Below are positions 1-10,512 of a stretch of DNA of 64,000 nucleotides, piece after piece. Each line of letters starts with the position of its first letter. Position 1 is the first letter of the stretch. Made by a program: the position numbers and the translations under genes. The DNA comes from an uncultured Methanomassiliicoccales archaeon (GTDB lineage: Archaea; Thermoplasmatota; Thermoplasmata; Methanomassiliicoccales; Methanomethylophilaceae), in NCBI GenBank assembly GCA_949295765.1, contig CASFMM010000004.1, forward strand, positions 19,252 to 83,251, in the 5' to 3' direction. The notes under the pieces are model-generated. The model searched no databases. It was not told where the DNA came from and worked only from the letters and a program-made list of their open reading frames with translations.

Positions 1-1
1 C

Positions 2-3000
2 GACAGGAAAGAAGTCGATCCAGCCAACGTCGCGATCAAGGACTTCGTCTATGACGGATCGAAACATCGGATCGACATCTCCACCACCGAGTACAAAGTC
101 ACATCCGAACTTTGTGGTCCGGATGTCGGCACATATGATGCGACTGTTGAAATGAGCAAAGATTATGCATACAACCACCAGTGGACCAATGGTGGCAGCA
201 CTGCGACCGTCAAATGGAATATAGTTAAGGCCCCCGTAACTGCACCGTCCATCAAAGATGACTATTCCATCAAATACAACGGACAGTTCCACCAATACAC
301 AGAGGCCATCAACGTACCTCCTGAATCGGTGAAGCTTATCTCGGTGTCAGGCACCGAGTCTGCAGAGAACCATGGAACATACAGCACCGTTTTCTCACTC
401 CAGAATCCAGGTAACTACAGATGGGCCGGAGAAGGCGGGGACTCGAAACCGATCACGGTCCCCTGGACCATCGATGCCGCAGAGGTGGATCTGCCCAGTA
501 TAGCCGGCACATGGACCTACAGCGAGGATTCGAACGGCGTCGCAGAACAGAAGACCCTAAGGTTCGACGACTCTTACAAAGGACTGATCGAGATCACGTG
601 CAGTGACGGAAACGTGACCGTGAACGGCATAACGCTCACCGCCACCCAGGCCGGAGAGTACAGTCTCACGCTCTCGCTAGCCGACACGAAGAACTACGTG
701 TGGAGCGACACGAAGAACACGAATGACAGGGATGAGCTCACCTGGAACATCGCCAAGGCAGCGAACAGCGTGACCAAAGTGACCGTCGGAAGCACAGGGC
801 TGGTCTACCTCCAGGACGATGACAGGACCTACTCCGCCGAAGCCGAGTTCGGCGAAGTCATGTACATGTTCTCCAGGACAGAGAACGGCGAGTACGCCGT
901 CATAGAGGAGCCTATGGGCGCAGGCGACTGGTACGTCAAGGCCTTCGTCGCAGGCAACAGGAACTACGCTTCAGCGGAGTCTGCAAATGCCACTTATTTC
1001 TACATAGAAAAGGCAGAGAACACTGTCTTCATACAGGAATACACGACAACGTACACCTATGGGGACACGATTCCCAAACCGGGATACACGGCCGACTACG
1101 ACACGGACATCGTGTTCCAGCACTCTAGCGAGACCGGAGGAACGTTCGACGATGTTATGCCGAAGAACGTTGGCACCTGGTACATCAGGGCATACGTTCC
1201 CGAGTCCGACAACTACAAGGCTGGGACTTCGAACGAGGTCGCACTCACCATAGACCCATTCTCGATTCCGTATCCGGAGTTCACATATCCGACGGAGGAT
1301 GGAGATCCGTTCGTCTACGACGGCGATTCCAAGACACCGGCAGTCAGTCTCGATGTCTCAGCCTACCCGTTCAAGGAGACGATGACAGACGCGCTCGTTT
1401 ATGCGGTCACAGCCCAGGATGGAGCCGGTAAGTATACGGTCGACTTCACCCCCGGCGACAACTACCAGTGGGATTCCGGGAACCGCGAAGTCTACCCACT
1501 CACATGGGAGATCACCAAGCAGTCCGTGATCCTCGGGACCTTCGAAAGGTCCCAGGAGTACGAACAGGGTCAGGCCTTCGTACCTGAGATCCCGGTCAAC
1601 AACTCACTGTACACCATCGGAACCATCCCGGAGGCGATTGACAGGAACGAGTACACCGTCGATATAACTCTGGTCGATCCGGAAAACTACATGTGGGTGC
1701 TCAACGGGCAGATGAAGGACGATGAAACGACGCCTTGGGACAGCATCAACGGCGCCGTGATGACCATCGGCTTCGAGGTTACAAACACGCAGTACACGAT
1801 CGTCATCACTCAGGAAGATTGGGTGTACGCACAGGACGACGTACCGTCCCCGGTGCCGATTCCGAGCGTCGAAGAGGACGAAATCCAAACCGCTATTGGT
1901 AATCCGGACCTCCACAGGTACGAGTATATGACGCCCGCCGGCAAGATGCTGGACGGAAGGCCTACCGACGTGGGCGATTACAAGGTACGCATATACGTCT
2001 CCAACACCCAGAACTACGAGGATGTATACTCTGAGTGGGTCTCCTTCAAGATCACCCCAGCGACCATCGCCATCGGCACAGTCTCCGGGTTCACCGAGGA
2101 CTATAACGGCACCTCATATCTTGTCGAGAACCTGGCCACACTCAACGCCACGGCGAAGAACCCCTCGGAGAACGAAATCACATGGAAATTCAGCACCTCG
2201 CTGGACGGGGAGTTCACCGAAGACCTCCCACTGACCAATGCAGGCGTGTACACCGTCTACTTCACCGTGTCTGCACCCAATCACTCGACCGTCGAGGCGA
2301 ATGCTGACAGATACTTCACCGTCACCATCGAAAAGATGGCACTGACCGTGCAGATCGGATCCGACAGCATACCTTACACAGGAGATGTCCCGGACAGCGA
2401 CAGACTAGTTGCCGGAATAGGATACAATGTCATCTCAGGCACACCCGTCGAAGACGAAGGCCTGGGAATCGAACTGAGCCTCACGCTCGGTTCGGCCGGT
2501 GTCGGCGAATACGTCGTGACAGGGAACAGCACCAACACGAATTACACCATCACCTTCATCGAAGGCAAGGTCACCATCACAGCGGTCGACATCCCGGCCC
2601 CTACACTCACCATCAAGGAAGGCACCGATCTGGTGTACAACAACATTGCATACGCGGTGAAGGACTACATCGAGGGTCTTCCCGCCAAGACACTCGAAGG
2701 GGACGAGATCACCTGGACGTTCTCCGATTCCGCCGACGGGGTTTTCTCAGAGAACTTCACAGTCAAGTCGGCGAACGGGGAGGGACACACCATATACGTG
2801 AAAGGAACGGCGGCCAACCACAATCCCTTCGCAAGCGAATCGTACATGGTCACACTTCCTGTTCAAAAGCGCACCCTGAACGTCAGCATAGGTGACAGCG
2901 AAGTCCAGTACGGTGACGATCCGGTGTACAAGACCCTGGAGATCAACAACTTCGCAGAAAACGAGAATGCGATCTCCCTGGGTTTGCAGATCACACCTTC

Positions 3001-6000
3001 CAGCGATTACGTCAAAGGAGGGTCCGATGCCAACGAGGTGTTCATAATCACCCTGGCGGTGACAGGCAACGAAGGGCTGGAGAACTACGATGTGGTCACG
3101 AAGGACGATGCTAAGCTCATTGTCATCCCCAGGCAGATCACCGTAGTCATCGACGACAAGGAATCCGAGTTCGGCGACGAATTGGCGGATCTCACTTACG
3201 ATCGGGCCGAAGGCTCTACGCTCGTACCCGGTGATGACCTGGATGACCTCGTCACGGTCGGATTCGAGGACGGGGTCGAGCCGAAGGATTACAGAGCTGG
3301 AGGATACCGCATCGTCGGGACCGATGTAGATGGAGACAACTACCATGTGACCTTCGTCGGTTCCGGAGATTCCAGCAGGGACTACGGGATCTACATGATC
3401 ACAAAGGTCTCGGTCTCCATCGATTTCACCAACTTCACGGATACGACCTACAGTGGATACGCCAAGCAGGTCGAGTACAGCACCACACCTGCTGATGCCA
3501 AGAGTTCGACCACGATCGAATACTACCGTCTGGCCTCAGAGTCTGATGAGATAGGTGAGGTAGTCGGACAGGTCATCGATGCCGGAAGATACCGGGCCGT
3601 GGTCACAGTCAACGACAACTACCTGATCGAGGGGAGATCGAGCCTCACTTTCGAAATCGAGAAGGCAGATTACGAGACCTTCTATGGTGTCGAAGTGAAG
3701 TTCGAAGACCTCACGACTCCGTACAACGGTGATGCTCAGTACCCCACTCTCACGGTACCAGAGGAACGTCACGGACTGGAGTGGAGTTACAAGACCGGTG
3801 CCGATGGGGCGACGGACTACACCGGATCCCCAGTCAAGGTCGAGATCACCTTCACCCTGACGGAGAACTCCGGCAACATCGATGCCCCAGAAGACATGAC
3901 CGCCTACGTGACCATCCAGAAGAGGGAGGTCGTAGTCAACTGGGAGACCCCGAAGAGCGTCGTGTACGACGGCACCGCGCAAACGGTCTTGGCGTACTAT
4001 AATGACGTGGATGGGAACAAGCAGTATCTGGTCACCACCCCTTACTCCGAAGATTCCCACTTCGCGGAATCAGGCGGTGTGTTCAAGGACTACCTCGACG
4101 GGGGATACAACTTCACCGCATCCTTCAAAGAGGGCGACAGCGGCAGTTCCAACTACACGCTGGACACGGGCACGGTCAGAGAGCATTACAATATAGCCAA
4201 GCGTCAGGTCTCCGTCATCTCCGTCGACGCCGAGAGACAGTACGGTTACGATAACCCGGCTTTCACATGGGAGTATTACAACACGACCTACATGTTCGTG
4301 GACTCCGACGGACATGAAATCGCCGAGGGGACCGACATCGGGTTCGGTTACAATTGTGACGCTGCCCCTAACAGCAACGTCGGTGACTATCCGATCAGGA
4401 TATTCAACACCACCAACCTGGATACCAGGAACTATGCCATCGACTTCAACAACGAATCCGAAGAAGTCGGAAAACTGACCATCGCCCCGAGGGAGGTGGT
4501 GATCACCTTCGAAGAGCAGTCGTTGTCCTACACCGGCACCAAGCCGGACTTCGACTGGAAAGCTTACGAGGCCCCTAGTGATTCCATCGCCTCCGTAGGT
4601 GCGAATCCGAACATCCGCCTGGACATCTCCGACGACACCGGCGAGTGGAACGTCGGAGACTACCTTGTCTCCATCCAGTGGGACAACCGTGACAACTACA
4701 ACGTCACCAGCGAGGGCGAGAAGTACTTCCACATCACCCTGGCAACGTTCAACGCCCAGCTCGGATGCGACGATTTCGAGGACTTCACGTACAACGGTAA
4801 GACCTATGATGCCGTGGACCATCTTTACAGGACGGCTTCGATAGGCGGAGTCACATGGGCCTACGGACTCTCTGCCGATTCCCTCGGCGAGAACGTCTAT
4901 TTCGGAGACGCTGGTGAGTGGACCATTCACTACAAGGCGACGGCGGAGAACTACGAACCTGTCACCGGATCGGTTACCTTCACCATCAAGACCGCCACTA
5001 ATGACTTCCAAAGATTCACCCCGACAGACGATGAGGGCTGGATATACCTCGGCGACCCCAGGGAGATCCTCGTTCCGACGGACATCTTCGGGAACAAGGC
5101 GGAGTACACTATCTGCCGCGTCACCGAAGACGGAGAGACACCTGTCACCGAATTGAACAAAGACTCCTACGCAGGCATCTACAGAATCGACTACTATGTC
5201 GAATCCGATGTGAGTGATCGCCAGCCCGCGTCCGGCGACACCGTGTACAACTACCTGAGGATCGAGGGCTCGTACACAGTGGAGATCCAGCGCAAGCCGG
5301 TCTCCGCAAACTGGGAGAACCCATCGATGCAGTACGACGGCAGAACCCTGGAGAACAAGTTAACCATCAGGGAATACATGTCTTTCACCGACGACGTCAC
5401 CGAAGGCGTTCAGACGATGACAGACGGCAAAACCATGACGATGCACGCCACCAACAAGGGCGAGTACTACGTCGTCGTGAAGCTTAAGGATGACAACTAC
5501 TGCTGGGAGGACCTGACCGATCCGGAAGAGAGACTGTTCAAGGTCAAGTGGATCATCGCTGAGGGTGGCAACGGCTGGGTCGTGACGCTCCAGGAATCCG
5601 GGTTCACCGGAGGCACCTACAACGGCAACGCCATCATCCCCGCCGGGGTGACCGCCCAGGTCGGAACCGTCCGCTTCGTCTACTCGTCTGTCGGAGGAAC
5701 CGACCTCGACGACTACACCAGCGTGCCGTTCGTCAATGCGGGGGAGTACTATGTCATCGCCATAGTCGACCCCACCGAGAACCACATCGGACTCACGTCC
5801 GAACCTCTTGCGTACACCATCACGAAGGCCTCGGTGGACAAGCCGACGATGAACGGCGCATACGACTCCGACGGACAGCTCCACGACGGCGGATTCACGT
5901 ACAACGGCGGGTCCTGGACCATCAACCTGGTGTACGGTATGAACTCGGACAAGGTCCTAGTCGAGGGCGACACGGCCATCGACGCCGGGAAGTATAGGGC

Positions 6001-8701
6001 CACCGTATCCCTCCCGAACGGGAACTACAAATGGTTCGGCACAGATGACGGCGCCGAGGACAGTTCCGATCCGTTCTCCATCGAATGGGAGATCCTCAGG
6101 GCCGTCGTCCAGACCCCCGGCTACCCGTCCGGAAAAGACGGCCATCTGTCCTTCGACCCCGAGAGCAGCTCGCAGACGTACCCATTCGTCCACGACAATA
6201 ACGTATGGGTGTCCGGCGACTACGGTTCCGGATACGGAACGTACACAGCAACCTTCGAGATCAGAGACCCGACCAACTACATGTGGGATGACAGTCTCGA
6301 GCTCGAAGGAGGGAACTACCAGCTGACATGGTATATCGACAGGCTGTCGGTTTCCATCCCGTCCATCGTTGAAAACAGTGTGTACAATCCCACAGGAATG
6401 ACCAACGTCATCATCGGATTCGATCCTGAGATCATGGGGGTGAACACTGGTTCACTTGCCGTGAGCAGCGACAACACCGACCCTGAGAACCCGGTCGTGA
6501 CACTTATCGCCATCCAGGCCGGTGAGTACGACATCATCATCCGTCTGGACTCCGACGATTATGAGTGGGAGAACGGCACCCGCGGCGACGTCACCCTCCA
6601 CTGGAGCATCGCCAAGATCCGGCTCACCCTTACGGCGGGTACCAACGTGTTCACGTATGACAGCGACGAGCACACGTACGTACCCGGCGGATACGATGGG
6701 ATCTCCGACCTCGTGCATCTCGACTACAACGTGAAGACCGGTGTCGGAGATTACAAGGCCACAGCGACCATCAATAACCAGACGAACTACGAGTGGTCAG
6801 AGGCCATGTCCGGATACGATGGCTATGGCACCACTACCATCACCATGCCCTGGTCCATCGTTAGCGGCACATACGACCTCGACCGCTTGGGAGAGCCTGT
6901 GACAACGTTCACCTACGACGGCAGGCAGCATTCCCCAGAGTTCCAGAACGTTCCCGTCTGGATGGTCATCACCGCTGAAAAGACCATCACAGATGTCGGT
7001 AGCGTATCGATCACGGTTCACTTCACCGACAATGGGTCGTCCGGTTACTCGCTGGACGAAACGAGGACATACACGGTCACCGTGAACCCCCTGAAGATAG
7101 AGATTGTCATCCCCGATGTGGAGTTCACATACGGCGAGGGGACTGCGGATCTCAGGTGGGACTACGCAACGAACTCCGCCGTGTTCCTGGACTCCGAGGA
7201 CAAGAATAGCATCACCCTGACCGCAACCGGATACGACGGGGACTGCGGAAGGTTCCCCATCGCTATGAAGTACACCGGATCGGAGAACTACGATGTCGTC
7301 ACCAAAAGCAAGGCTTTCCTGACCGTGAACCCTATCGTCGTCCAGCAACCCACCGTCTACGATGTAGAGTACACTGGGAACACGGAGACCCACCCGTTCA
7401 ACGGCGAAGGCTACACCGTGATCGAGGGCACGACCGAGGCCAAGGGCCTGGGAGACTACAAGGTCGTCCTGGAGCTCGAACCGAACCACGTCTGGTGGGA
7501 CGGCACCTACGAGGACAAGACCCTGACATGGAGAATCGTGTCGGGCTCGGAAATCAACAGGAACAATTTCAGCGTCGACGAGTCCCCCGAGACCTACACC
7601 GGGTCAGCCATCGAGAAGATCGTGGTCAGCCTGGATCCCAACCTTGTCGAGAGCAGGGACTACACTGTGACCATCACCGACAACACCAACGTTGGAACCG
7701 CAACAATTACCATCCAGGGAATCGGGACACATGAGGGAACATTGACCTACACCTTCGATATCGTCCCGCAGCCCGTCCCCGTGCCCGAAATTCAGAGTCT
7801 GGAGTACAAGAAGGACAAGATCTGGGACCAGCCCTACTCCTCTGAACTCTACACCGCGTCTGGAGACCTGATCGGCACCGAGGTCGGAGACTACTACGTC
7901 ACCCTGGCCCTCAAGGACAAGCACAACTACGTCTGGTCCACCGGTGGCACCGATGACAGGACCGTCATGTGGCGCATCGTCGCCGAGGGCACCCTGGTCA
8001 AATCCGACTTCGTCGTGGACGAGTCCCCCGAGACCTACACTGGCGATGAGATCTTCAAGTCCGTGACCTGTGTCAACAAGGACCTTGTTCTCGGCGAAGA
8101 CTATGAGATAACTCACAGCAACAACATGGACGTCGGAAAGGCGACGATCACCATATCCGGAAGGGACGACTACGCCGGCAGCGAAGCGCTGGAGTACCAC
8201 TTCACCATCGAGAAGGCGGACACCGTCGTGGACTTCGTCAACGACGGTTTCGAGAGGAGCGAAGACTCCGACTCCTTCAAGTTCCTCCCGTACGTCTCAG
8301 GCCTGGAGCATGGTGAGCTCACCTGGACCACCAGCGACGACTCAGTCGCCACCGTGGATGCTGAGACCGGCGAGATCACCGTCCTGTCCGTCGGAGAGGT
8401 GACGATCACCGCCACCTTCCCAGGTGACGAGAACCGCAACGGTGACGAGGACACCATCGTCCTCAACGTCGGGGAGGGTGAGACCACAGTCTACGTGGAC
8501 CGCGTAGTCTACGTCAAGGTCCCGGTCGAGGTCCCCGGCGGAGACGACGATGACGACCAGACCGACGACAAGCCGGAGACCGTCTACATCGAGAAGGACA
8601 ACGACCTGTACATCTGGCTGCTGATCGTCATGGCAGTCATCTGCGTCTGCTTCGCGGCGTACATCCTGTACACCCACAGGGACCAGGAGGGAGGTGCGTG
8701 A
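2..8701 (+). CDS. Giant membrane-anchored adhesin-like surface protein (tandem MBG/Ig-like repeats, Big_2-like domain, C-terminal TM); 5'-truncated by the window edge
   Basis: The frame is open from base 2 (DRKEVDPANV...) through the listed ORF 152..8701. It has ~90-aa repeats of the type W-x-I-x-KA...P...Y-x-G, a late Ig unit (LTWTTSDDSVATVDAETGEITVLSVGEVTITAT), an acidic linker and a TM helix LYIWLLIVMAVICVCFAAYILY. Confidence 0.85.
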   Translation, partial: DRKEVDPANVAIKDFVYDGSKHRIDISTTEYKVTSELCGPDVGTYDATVEMSKDYAYNHQWTNGGSTATVKWNIVKAPVTAPSIKDDYSIKYNGQFHQYTEAINVPPESVKLISVSGTESAENHGTYSTVFSLQNPGNYRWAGEGGDSKPITVPWTIDAAEVDLPSIAGTWTYSEDSNGVAEQKTLRFDDSYKGLIEITCSDGNVTVNGITLTATQAGEYSLTLSLADTKNYVWSDTKNTNDRDELTWNIAKAANSVTKVTVGSTGLVYLQDDDRTYSAEAEFGEVMYMFSRTENGEYAVIEEPMGAGDWYVKAFVAGNRNYASAESANATYFYIEKAENTVFIQEYTTTYTYGDTIPKPGYTADYDTDIVFQHSSETGGTFDDVMPKNVGTWYIRAYVPESDNYKAGTSNEVALTIDPFSIPYPEFTYPTEDGDPFVYDGDSKTPAVSLDVSAYPFKETMTDALVYAVTAQDGAGKYTVDFTPGDNYQWDSGNREVYPLTWEITKQSVILGTFERSQEYEQGQAFVPEIPVNNSLYTIGTIPEAIDRNEYTVDITLVDPENYMWVLNGQMKDDETTPWDSINGAVMTIGFEVTNTQYTIVITQEDWVYAQDDVPSPVPIPSVEEDEIQTAIGNPDLHRYEYMTPAGKMLDGRPTDVGDYKVRIYVSNTQNYEDVYSEWVSFKITPATIAIGTVSGFTEDYNGTSYLVENLATLNATAKNPSENEITWKFSTSLDGEFTEDLPLTNAGVYTVYFTVSAPNHSTVEANADRYFTVTIEKMALTVQIGSDSIPYTGDVPDSDRLVAGIGYNVISGTPVEDEGLGIELSLTLGSAGVGEYVVTGNSTNTNYTITFIEGKVTITAVDIPAPTLTIKEGTDLVYNNIAYAVKDYIEGLPAKTLEGDEITWTFSDSADGVFSENFTVKSANGEGHTIYVKGTAANHNPFASESYMVTLPVQKRTLNVSIGDSEVQYGDDPVYKTLEINNFAENENAISLGLQITPSSDYVKGGSDANEVFIITLAVTGNEGLENYDVVTKDDAKLIVIPRQITVVIDDKESEFGDELADLTYDRAEGSTLVPGDDLDDLVTVGFEDGVEPKDYRAGGYRIVGTDVDGDNYHVTFVGSGDSSRDYGIYMITKVSVSIDFTNFTDTTYSGYAKQVEYSTTPADAKSSTTIEYYRLASESDEIGEVVGQVIDAGRYRAVVTVNDNYLIEGRSSLTFEIEKADYETFYGVEVKFEDLTTPYNGDAQYPTLTVPEERHGLEWSYKTGADGATDYTGSPVKVEITFTLTENSGNIDAPEDMTAYVTIQKREVVVNWETPKSVVYDGTAQTVLAYYNDVDGNKQYLVTTPYSEDSHFAESGGVFKDYLDGGYNFTASFKEGDSGSSNYTLDTGTVREHYNIAKRQVSVISVDAERQYGYDNPAFTWEYYNTTYMFVDSDGHEIAEGTDIGFGYNCDAAPNSNVGDYPIRIFNTTNLDTRNYAIDFNNESEEVGKLTIAPREVVITFEEQSLSYTGTKPDFDWKAYEAPSDSIASVGANPNIRLDISDDTGEWNVGDYLVSIQWDNRDNYNVTSEGEKYFHITLATFNAQLGCDDFEDFTYNGKTYDAVDHLYRTASIGGVTWAYGLSADSLGENVYFGDAGEWTIHYKATAENYEPVTGSVTFTIKTATNDFQRFTPTDDEGWIYLGDPREILVPTDIFGNKAEYTICRVTEDGETPVTELNKDSYAGIYRIDYYVESDVSDRQPASGDTVYNYLRIEGSYTVEIQRKPVSANWENPSMQYDGRTLENKLTIREYMSFTDDVTEGVQTMTDGKTMTMHATNKGEYYVVVKLKDDNYCWEDLTDPEERLFKVKWIIAEGGNGWVVTLQESGFTGGTYNGNAIIPAGVTAQVGTVRFVYSSVGGTDLDDYTSVPFVNAGEYYVIAIVDPTENHIGLTSEPLAYTITKASVDKPTMNGAYDSDGQLHDGGFTYNGGSWTINLVYGMNSDKVLVEGDTAIDAGKYRATVSLPNGNYKWFGTDDGAEDSSDPFSIEWEILRAVVQTPGYPSGKDGHLSFDPESSSQTYPFVHDNNVWVSGDYGSGYGTYTATFEIRDPTNYMWDDSLELEGGNYQLTWYIDRLSVSIPSIVENSVYNPTGMTNVIIGFDPEIMGVNTGSLAVSSDNTDPENPVVTLIAIQAGEYDIIIRLDSDDYEWENGTRGDVTLHWSIAKIRLTLTAGTNVFTYDSDEHTYVPGGYDGISDLVHLDYNVKTGVGDYKATATINNQTNYEWSEAMSGYDGYGTTTITMPWSIVSGTYDLDRLGEPVTTFTYDGRQHSPEFQNVPVWMVITAEKTITDVGSVSITVHFTDNGSSGYSLDETRTYTVTVNPLKIEIVIPDVEFTYGEGTADLRWDYATNSAVFLDSEDKNSITLTATGYDGDCGRFPIAMKYTGSENYDVVTKSKAFLTVNPIVVQQPTVYDVEYTGNTETHPFNGEGYTVIEGTTEAKGLGDYKVVLELEPNHVWWDGTYEDKTLTWRIVSGSEINRNNFSVDESPETYTGSAIEKIVVSLDPNLVESRDYTVTITDNTNVGTATITIQGIGTHEGTLTYTFDIVPQPVPVPEIQSLEYKKDKIWDQPYSSELYTASGDLIGTEVGDYYVTLALKDKHNYVWSTGGTDDRTVMWRIVAEGTLVKSDFVVDESPETYTGDEIFKSVTCVNKDLVLGEDYEITHSNNMDVGKATITISGRDDYAGSEALEYHFTIEKADTVVDFVNDGFERSEDSDSFKFLPYVSGLEHGELTWTTSDDSVATVDAETGEITVLSVGEVTITATFPGDENRNGDEDTIVLNVGEGETTVYVDRVVYVKVPVEVPGGDDDDDQTDDKPETVYIEKDNDLYIWLLIVMAVICVCFAAYILYTHRDQEGGA

Positions 8702-8991
8702 GCCCGACCCTCGACGACACGGGAGCGGACATACTGGAGTCCAGCCACATGGTCTCCATAATGCTGTACCTGTACGACAGCGGCGAGTGTCGCAAGAGCG
8801 ACATCTACGACGCCGTCGGCAGGGGCAACCGCATGCCGGACAAGCTCGACTCCCTGCGGGACCTCGGACTGGTCGACTACAACGGTCCGTCCGACTCCCG
8901 CCCGGTCATCGGGCTTACGGAGCTGGGGTCCCAGGTGGCCTCCATGCTCCACGCCATCGACCTGGCCATCAGGAACCGCAACCTGGTCTGA
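8698..8991 (+). CDS. Small winged-helix HTH protein
   Basis: 97 aa; GTGA overlap with the adhesin stop; wHTH-like pattern SIMLYLY..GE.RKSDIY..V......KLD.L..LGLV. Confidence 0.7.
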   Translation: MSPTLDDTGADILESSHMVSIMLYLYDSGECRKSDIYDAVGRGNRMPDKLDSLRDLGLVDYNGPSDSRPVIGLTELGSQVASMLHAIDLAIRNRNLV

Positions 8992-9070
8992 CGGCCGCCC
9001 CAAACACCTTAACCCAAACCTCTTCACCTCCTTCTAAACAACCAAATACCCAGGCGACGGTTCCGTCGCA

Positions 9071-9946
9071 ATGACCGTGATCAAGCTCTCCGAACCCGTC
9101 GAGGACATCGTAGTCAACCTCCTGCGCCTGGCCAACACCAAGCTCCCCGCCGACGTGGGGTGGGCCCTGGAGGCCGCCGCCGGTTGGGAGACCAACGAGG
9201 TCGCGTACACCCAGCTCGGAGCGATCATGGAGAACGTCAAGAAGGCCGAGCACCTCGGCCTGCCCATGTGCCAGGACACCGGGATCCCGGTGTTCTACGT
9301 CAGGGGGAGGTTCGACTCCTCGATAGCGAAGGAGATCTCCAACGGTGTCGCCAGGGCGACGAAGCTCATCCCGCTCAGGCCCAACACCGTCGACCCCATC
9401 ACCAGGGAGAACCACGGCGACAACCTGGGCGAGGGCATGCCCATCATCCACTACATCCCGACGGAGGACGACTTCACGGAGATCACGGTCCTTCCGAAGG
9501 GTGCGGGTTCGGAGAACATGACCCGCCTCGCCATGCTGAACCCCGCCGACGGCATCGAGGGCGTGAAGAGGTTCGTCGTGGACGCCGTCCTCGATGCGGG
9601 AGGGCGCCCGTGCCCCCCGTCCATCGTCGGAATCGGAATAGGAGGGACCTCGGACAGGTGCGTGGAGATGGCCAAGGAGGCCCTGCTCACGCCGCTGGAC
9701 GAGGAGAACCCGGACCCCGTGCTGAGGAAGATAGAGGAGGACCTCTTCGTCTCGCTGAACAGCTCCGGCCTGGGGCCCATGGGGCTGGGCGGGGCAACCA
9801 CAGTCCTGGGCGTGAAGATCAGGAAATGCTCCTGCCACACCGCCAGCCTGCCGGTGGCGGTGAACATCGGATGCTGGGCCACCCGCCGCGCGTCCGCCAG
9901 GATAACCGACCAGGGCGTCGAGTACTCCCAGGGGGTGAGGCTGTGA
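9071..9946 (+). CDS. fumA: Fe-S hydro-lyase (fumarate hydratase/tartrate dehydratase) alpha subunit
   Basis: Motifs PMCQDTG, LRPNTVDP, PKGAGSEN, PCPP..VGIGIGGT, GLGPMGLGG, HTASLPVAVN..CWA.R. Confidence 0.92.
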   Translation: MTVIKLSEPVEDIVVNLLRLANTKLPADVGWALEAAAGWETNEVAYTQLGAIMENVKKAEHLGLPMCQDTGIPVFYVRGRFDSSIAKEISNGVARATKLIPLRPNTVDPITRENHGDNLGEGMPIIHYIPTEDDFTEITVLPKGAGSENMTRLAMLNPADGIEGVKRFVVDAVLDAGGRPCPPSIVGIGIGGTSDRCVEMAKEALLTPLDEENPDPVLRKIEEDLFVSLNSSGLGPMGLGGATTVLGVKIRKCSCHTASLPVAVNIGCWATRRASARITDQGVEYSQGVRL

Positions 9947-10512
9947 GGAACCTCAGGACACCCCTCAGCGAGGAGGACGTCAGGTCGCTGAAGCTCGGGG
10001 AGACCGTCTACCTCTCCGGACCCATCGTCACCGGACGCGACGAGATGCACATCCGCGCCCTGGAGTATTCCGAGCAGGGCAAGGACGTGCCGGACTGTCT
10101 TAACAATGCTGTCATCTTCCACTGCGGACCCATCATGAGGCAGAGGGACGACGGCACCTGGGCGGTCGTCGCCGCTGGTCCCACCACGTCCGCGAGGATG
10201 AACAAGCTGGAACCCGACATGATCCCCACGTTCAACATACGTGCCATAATCGGCAAGGGCGGCATGTCCCGCGAGACCGCCGACGCCATGAGGGACTACG
10301 GTTGCGTCTACCTGGCGGCGACCGGCGGTGCGGCCGTGTCGCTGGCGGAGGGTCTTGACAGGTGCGTCGGCTGCGAGTGGGAGGATCTGGGCATGGCGGA
10401 GGCCATGTGGAGGTTCGAGGCAAACAGGCTCGGCCCGCTCATAGTCGCCATCGACGCCAACGGCGATAGCCTCTACGACAGGGTCAACGGATCCCTGGTC
10501 AGGGACGCCTGA
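9943..10512 (+). CDS. fumB: Fe-S hydro-lyase (fumarate hydratase) beta subunit
   Basis: GTG start overlaps the alpha stop (GTGA); motifs L.G.IVTGRDEMH, HCGPI, AGPTTSARM, IIGKGGM, GGAAV. It is the C-terminal part of the listed ORF 9160..10512. Confidence 0.9.
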   Translation: MRNLRTPLSEEDVRSLKLGETVYLSGPIVTGRDEMHIRALEYSEQGKDVPDCLNNAVIFHCGPIMRQRDDGTWAVVAAGPTTSARMNKLEPDMIPTFNIRAIIGKGGMSRETADAMRDYGCVYLAATGGAAVSLAEGLDRCVGCEWEDLGMAEAMWRFEANRLGPLIVAIDANGDSLYDRVNGSLVRDA

